A stretch of 64,000 nt of DNA from assembly GCA_964016885.1 (NCBI GenBank), contig OZ024741.1:101804001-101868000 (forward strand), given 5' to 3'. A program made the translations under genes and the position numbers. The notes below the pieces were generated by a model, which did not search any database, had not been told where the DNA came from, and saw nothing but the letters and a program-made list of their open reading frames with translations. The stretch comes from Eledone cirrhosa (lineage: Eukaryota). The stretch's first letter is position 1. Each line of letters opens with the position of its first letter. Positions 61,162-64,000 of this stretch are shown piece after piece.

Positions 61162-62715
61162 CGGAGGAAATGTGGTAAGGAACCAGGTGGACCATAACGC
61201 ACCAAAGTACTCAATACTTGAGGTAGTAGAGTGGGTAATAGGAACCAGTAAGACCCCGACAGCTGAGCTCAAGCCGTTTCGACGGCTAATTCTGGACTAA
61301 ATGAAAATTTATCCTGGTATTTAAATAGCCGATCTTCTCAAGGGGTAATTCCATATATGGTCAAAGTGATTGTCAAAAATCAGTAGTAATTCTGTGGTTG
61401 CAAATTAGTAGGGGAGATGGTGGCTAAACCTGCCAGTAGGAGAAAGAGGTAGTCTCTTTAGTATTTTGGCCCCTTTTGTTGACCCGTCACCGTATCATTT
61501 ACGTACTTATACCTCTTAAAAGGGTCCTTGCCTATTCCGTCCCACTTAGTTCTTTTACTTATTTCGTTATTTCTTTATTTCTTTCTTTACTTCTTTCTTT
61601 CTTTCTTTCTTTATTTATTCTAGCCTAACAATAGCTAGAGACTTATGTCGTAGAATTTAATTTACTTTACTTTTTTCTTTACACTTATTCGCTTTTCTTC
61701 ACTCTCAGTATTTTTTCTTTCCTATATATTTCTACCCCCCATTGTTCTACCTACCGTTCCGACTTCCTCCCCCTCCCCCCTCCCCCTCCCCTGTATCTTC
61801 TTTGACCTCATGCCCAGCTGTAGCTGGCACTACCAACGCTTGATTGGGTCTACTCCACCCCCTCCCCTCTTTCTCCTACTGGCAGGTTTAGCCACCATCT
61901 CCCCTACTAATTTGCAACCACAGAATTACTACTGATTTTTGACAATCACTTTGACCATATATGGAATTACCCCTTGAGAAGATCGGCTATTTAAATACCA
62001 GGATAAATTTTCATTTAGTCCAGAATTAGCCGTCGAAACGGCTTGAGCTCAGCTGTCGGGGTCTTACTGGTTCCTATATATATATATATATATATATCGG
62101 TGTGTATTTATATGTATGAGTATATGTTTTACTTGTTTATTTCTTTTATTATATTTCTTTTTATTTCTAAATTTATAGATACATTTTTATAAATATGCTG
62201 AGTCTGACACCCTCCTTAATTACTTACTCCCTTACCTACTTTTAATTCTGCATCTAGATGTAAGTGTATGTGGCCGTGTTTATGTGTGCGCCTCAATATC
62301 CATATAGTTATAATAATAATATATACGTATGTGTGTGTGTGTGTGTGTATATATGTGTGTGTGTGTTCGTGGGTATGTGTGTGTTTATGTATATATGCGT
62401 GTGTGTGTATGAATGTATGTATATGTGTGTATATATGTGTGTATATATGTATGTATATGTATGTATATTTTGTCTGTGGATTATAAACATACAGAGACAT
62501 TAGCCCTGAATTTTTATATTTACATACACTTTTTCGACATGCGTATGCATGTGAACATACATTTTTATGCATATCTGTGAACGAAGTTACTTGCATATAT
62601 ACACACACCTAACTGTATTTTCTTGATGAATTTTTATGTATTTCATTGGTCTATTTAAAATCTGTTCCCAAACAGACCTGTAATTTTGAATTGTTGTTAT
62701 TATCAATAAATATAC

Positions 62716-62858
62716 TTCATTATTTCTGAAGACAGCATATATATGTGTTGGTATGTATATTCTCTTTGATAGTTTGTATAATTTTGTACATAGATCTTTT
62801 GAATATGCATGCCAATTCTAACACATATATGTCCTAGAAACGATCGTTAAATAATGAA
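62716..62858 (+). ncRNA. Type I hammerhead ribozyme at the PLE 3' end (mirror at 54001-54143, minus)
   Basis: UUCAUUAUUU-CUGAAGA-~100-nt stem II hairpin-GAAA-CGAUCG-UU-AAAUAAUGAA. Confidence 0.8.
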
Positions 62859-62912
62859 ATTTTTTTGTTTAATATAAGGAACTGTTTCATTGTTTTATTC
62901 ATTATTTTTTTA

Positions 62913-62980
<68 letters not shown>

Positions 62981-63340
62981 AACCTTTATATGTAATATCT
63001 CCCTTAGGTTGAGATGCAATTTTGGCTGTATTGTGCTGCGCTTTCTAGCAAAAAGCCACCAGCCGTAAGAAACTAATTACATTCTTTTTAACCTGACCGC
63101 TGCTACGTAACGATTCTTAGCCATTTTTAAATGAATTCTTGGCGCGATCACTTTGGAAAATTTATTGTCTAAATTTGAGCTAACTTCCTAAAGAGTCCGG
63201 TGCTCTAGGTGTCCGATGCCATCGGATATCTTAAAATGCGGGCGAAACCATGGTAGAGGTAACTAAATATGTTCACTTTTCTCCTAGTTTATTTTACACC
63301 TAATTCTGTTTAATTGACTGTATATCTGAGCGATTCATGC

Positions 63341-63889
63341 ACGCTGTCGAAATACTCGATAAATGCTCCGTCGCAACCGGCGCGAAGGGCTGCTTTCGGT
63401 TATTTGTTGGAGATTTCTTCATAGAAGCCTTTATTCTTATAGCTTGGTCTAATCGATTTTTTATATGGTTAATTATGCTAATTGGGAGAGGAAATGGTAT
63501 ATATTTTATTTGGTGATTCTATAGACATGTTTTATGATATATATATATATAGAAGTGGTTACACAACAGTTAGTTCACCATACCGAGAACAATTGTTTCA
63601 CCTAAGCGGATCCTCAGCTCGTAATGGACATGGTTATACGGAACAGGAAGGACAACCGTACGAACGCTCATGTGCAGAAAAGGTCATTTCACACAGGCAA
63701 TACTAAATTGCGTGTGAGAGGTGTAAGGGAGATAACTGCGAAGGTCCGAAAGTTTCTGGTTGAGAAGAAAATTAGGATGTTGTTGTAATTCAATCCGGAG
63801 ATTTGTAGTTATGTAAGAGGTGTTTCCAGACGTGTGGACAACGTGTGAAGAATTCATTTCTCGTGTTTAGGCAATCACTATTGCGTAAT
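63341..63889. repeat. Dispersed repeat: 63341-63540 matches 53402-53602; 63550-63889 matches 52568-52905
   Basis: Direct visual identity with scattered substitutions. Confidence 0.85.
63584..63621 (-). ncRNA. Minimal hammerhead ribozyme (CUGAGGA core)
   Basis: CGAG-CUGAGGA-uCC(gcuua)GGu-GAAA-CAAUUG-UU-CUCG. The paralog at 52601-52638 has lost GAAA. Confidence 0.68.
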
Positions 63890-64000
63890 CTCTTTAGAAT
63901 ATTTATTCGTTCATCAATACATAGTCCACACGACGGATTGCCTCTTGCGTATGGCTTGGACTTAGTGATGACTTTCTATTGAATGGAGTAGTCTATACTT

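Larger units (their letters stand above)
53938..62921 (+). mobile_element. Penelope-like element with ~3.7-kb inverted duplication of its 3' end (giant palindrome)
   Basis: 53938-57647 is the reverse complement of 59258-62921, differing mainly in microsatellite length. The spacer is the RT/linker coding region. Confidence 0.92.

Overview
This is AT-rich, microsatellite-dense eukaryotic DNA. The SINE repertoire suggests a cephalopod/octopus-like genome, which is an inference. I found no convincing host gene, and the window is almost entirely mobile elements nested in simple repeats. It contains: (i) R4/Dong-type LINEs with a restriction-like endonuclease, in tandem at (TAA)n (1-1260, with older minus-strand remnants at 2.5-7.6 kb); (ii) a ~15-kb head-to-tail stack of six Tx1/L1-type LINE copies, each bounded by (TATC)n (30985-45887), including one full-length but decayed copy; (iii) a DD37D (maT) transposon, a pogo/Tigger-like MITE, a Helitron-like non-autonomous element and many tRNA-derived SINEs; (iv) Penelope-like elements (PLEs), including a ~9-kb palindrome (53938-62921) whose ~3.7-kb arms enclose an RT + GIY-YIG core. 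The most striking hidden layer is about 20 minimal type I hammerhead-ribozyme motifs from at least 10 distinct sequence families, found by manual folding. Most have a palindromic stem III, and many sit in fold-back elements flanked by (TA)n. They include a C3-G8 to U3-A8 covariant core present in four copies. Most long ORFs in the track are microsatellite translation artefacts.
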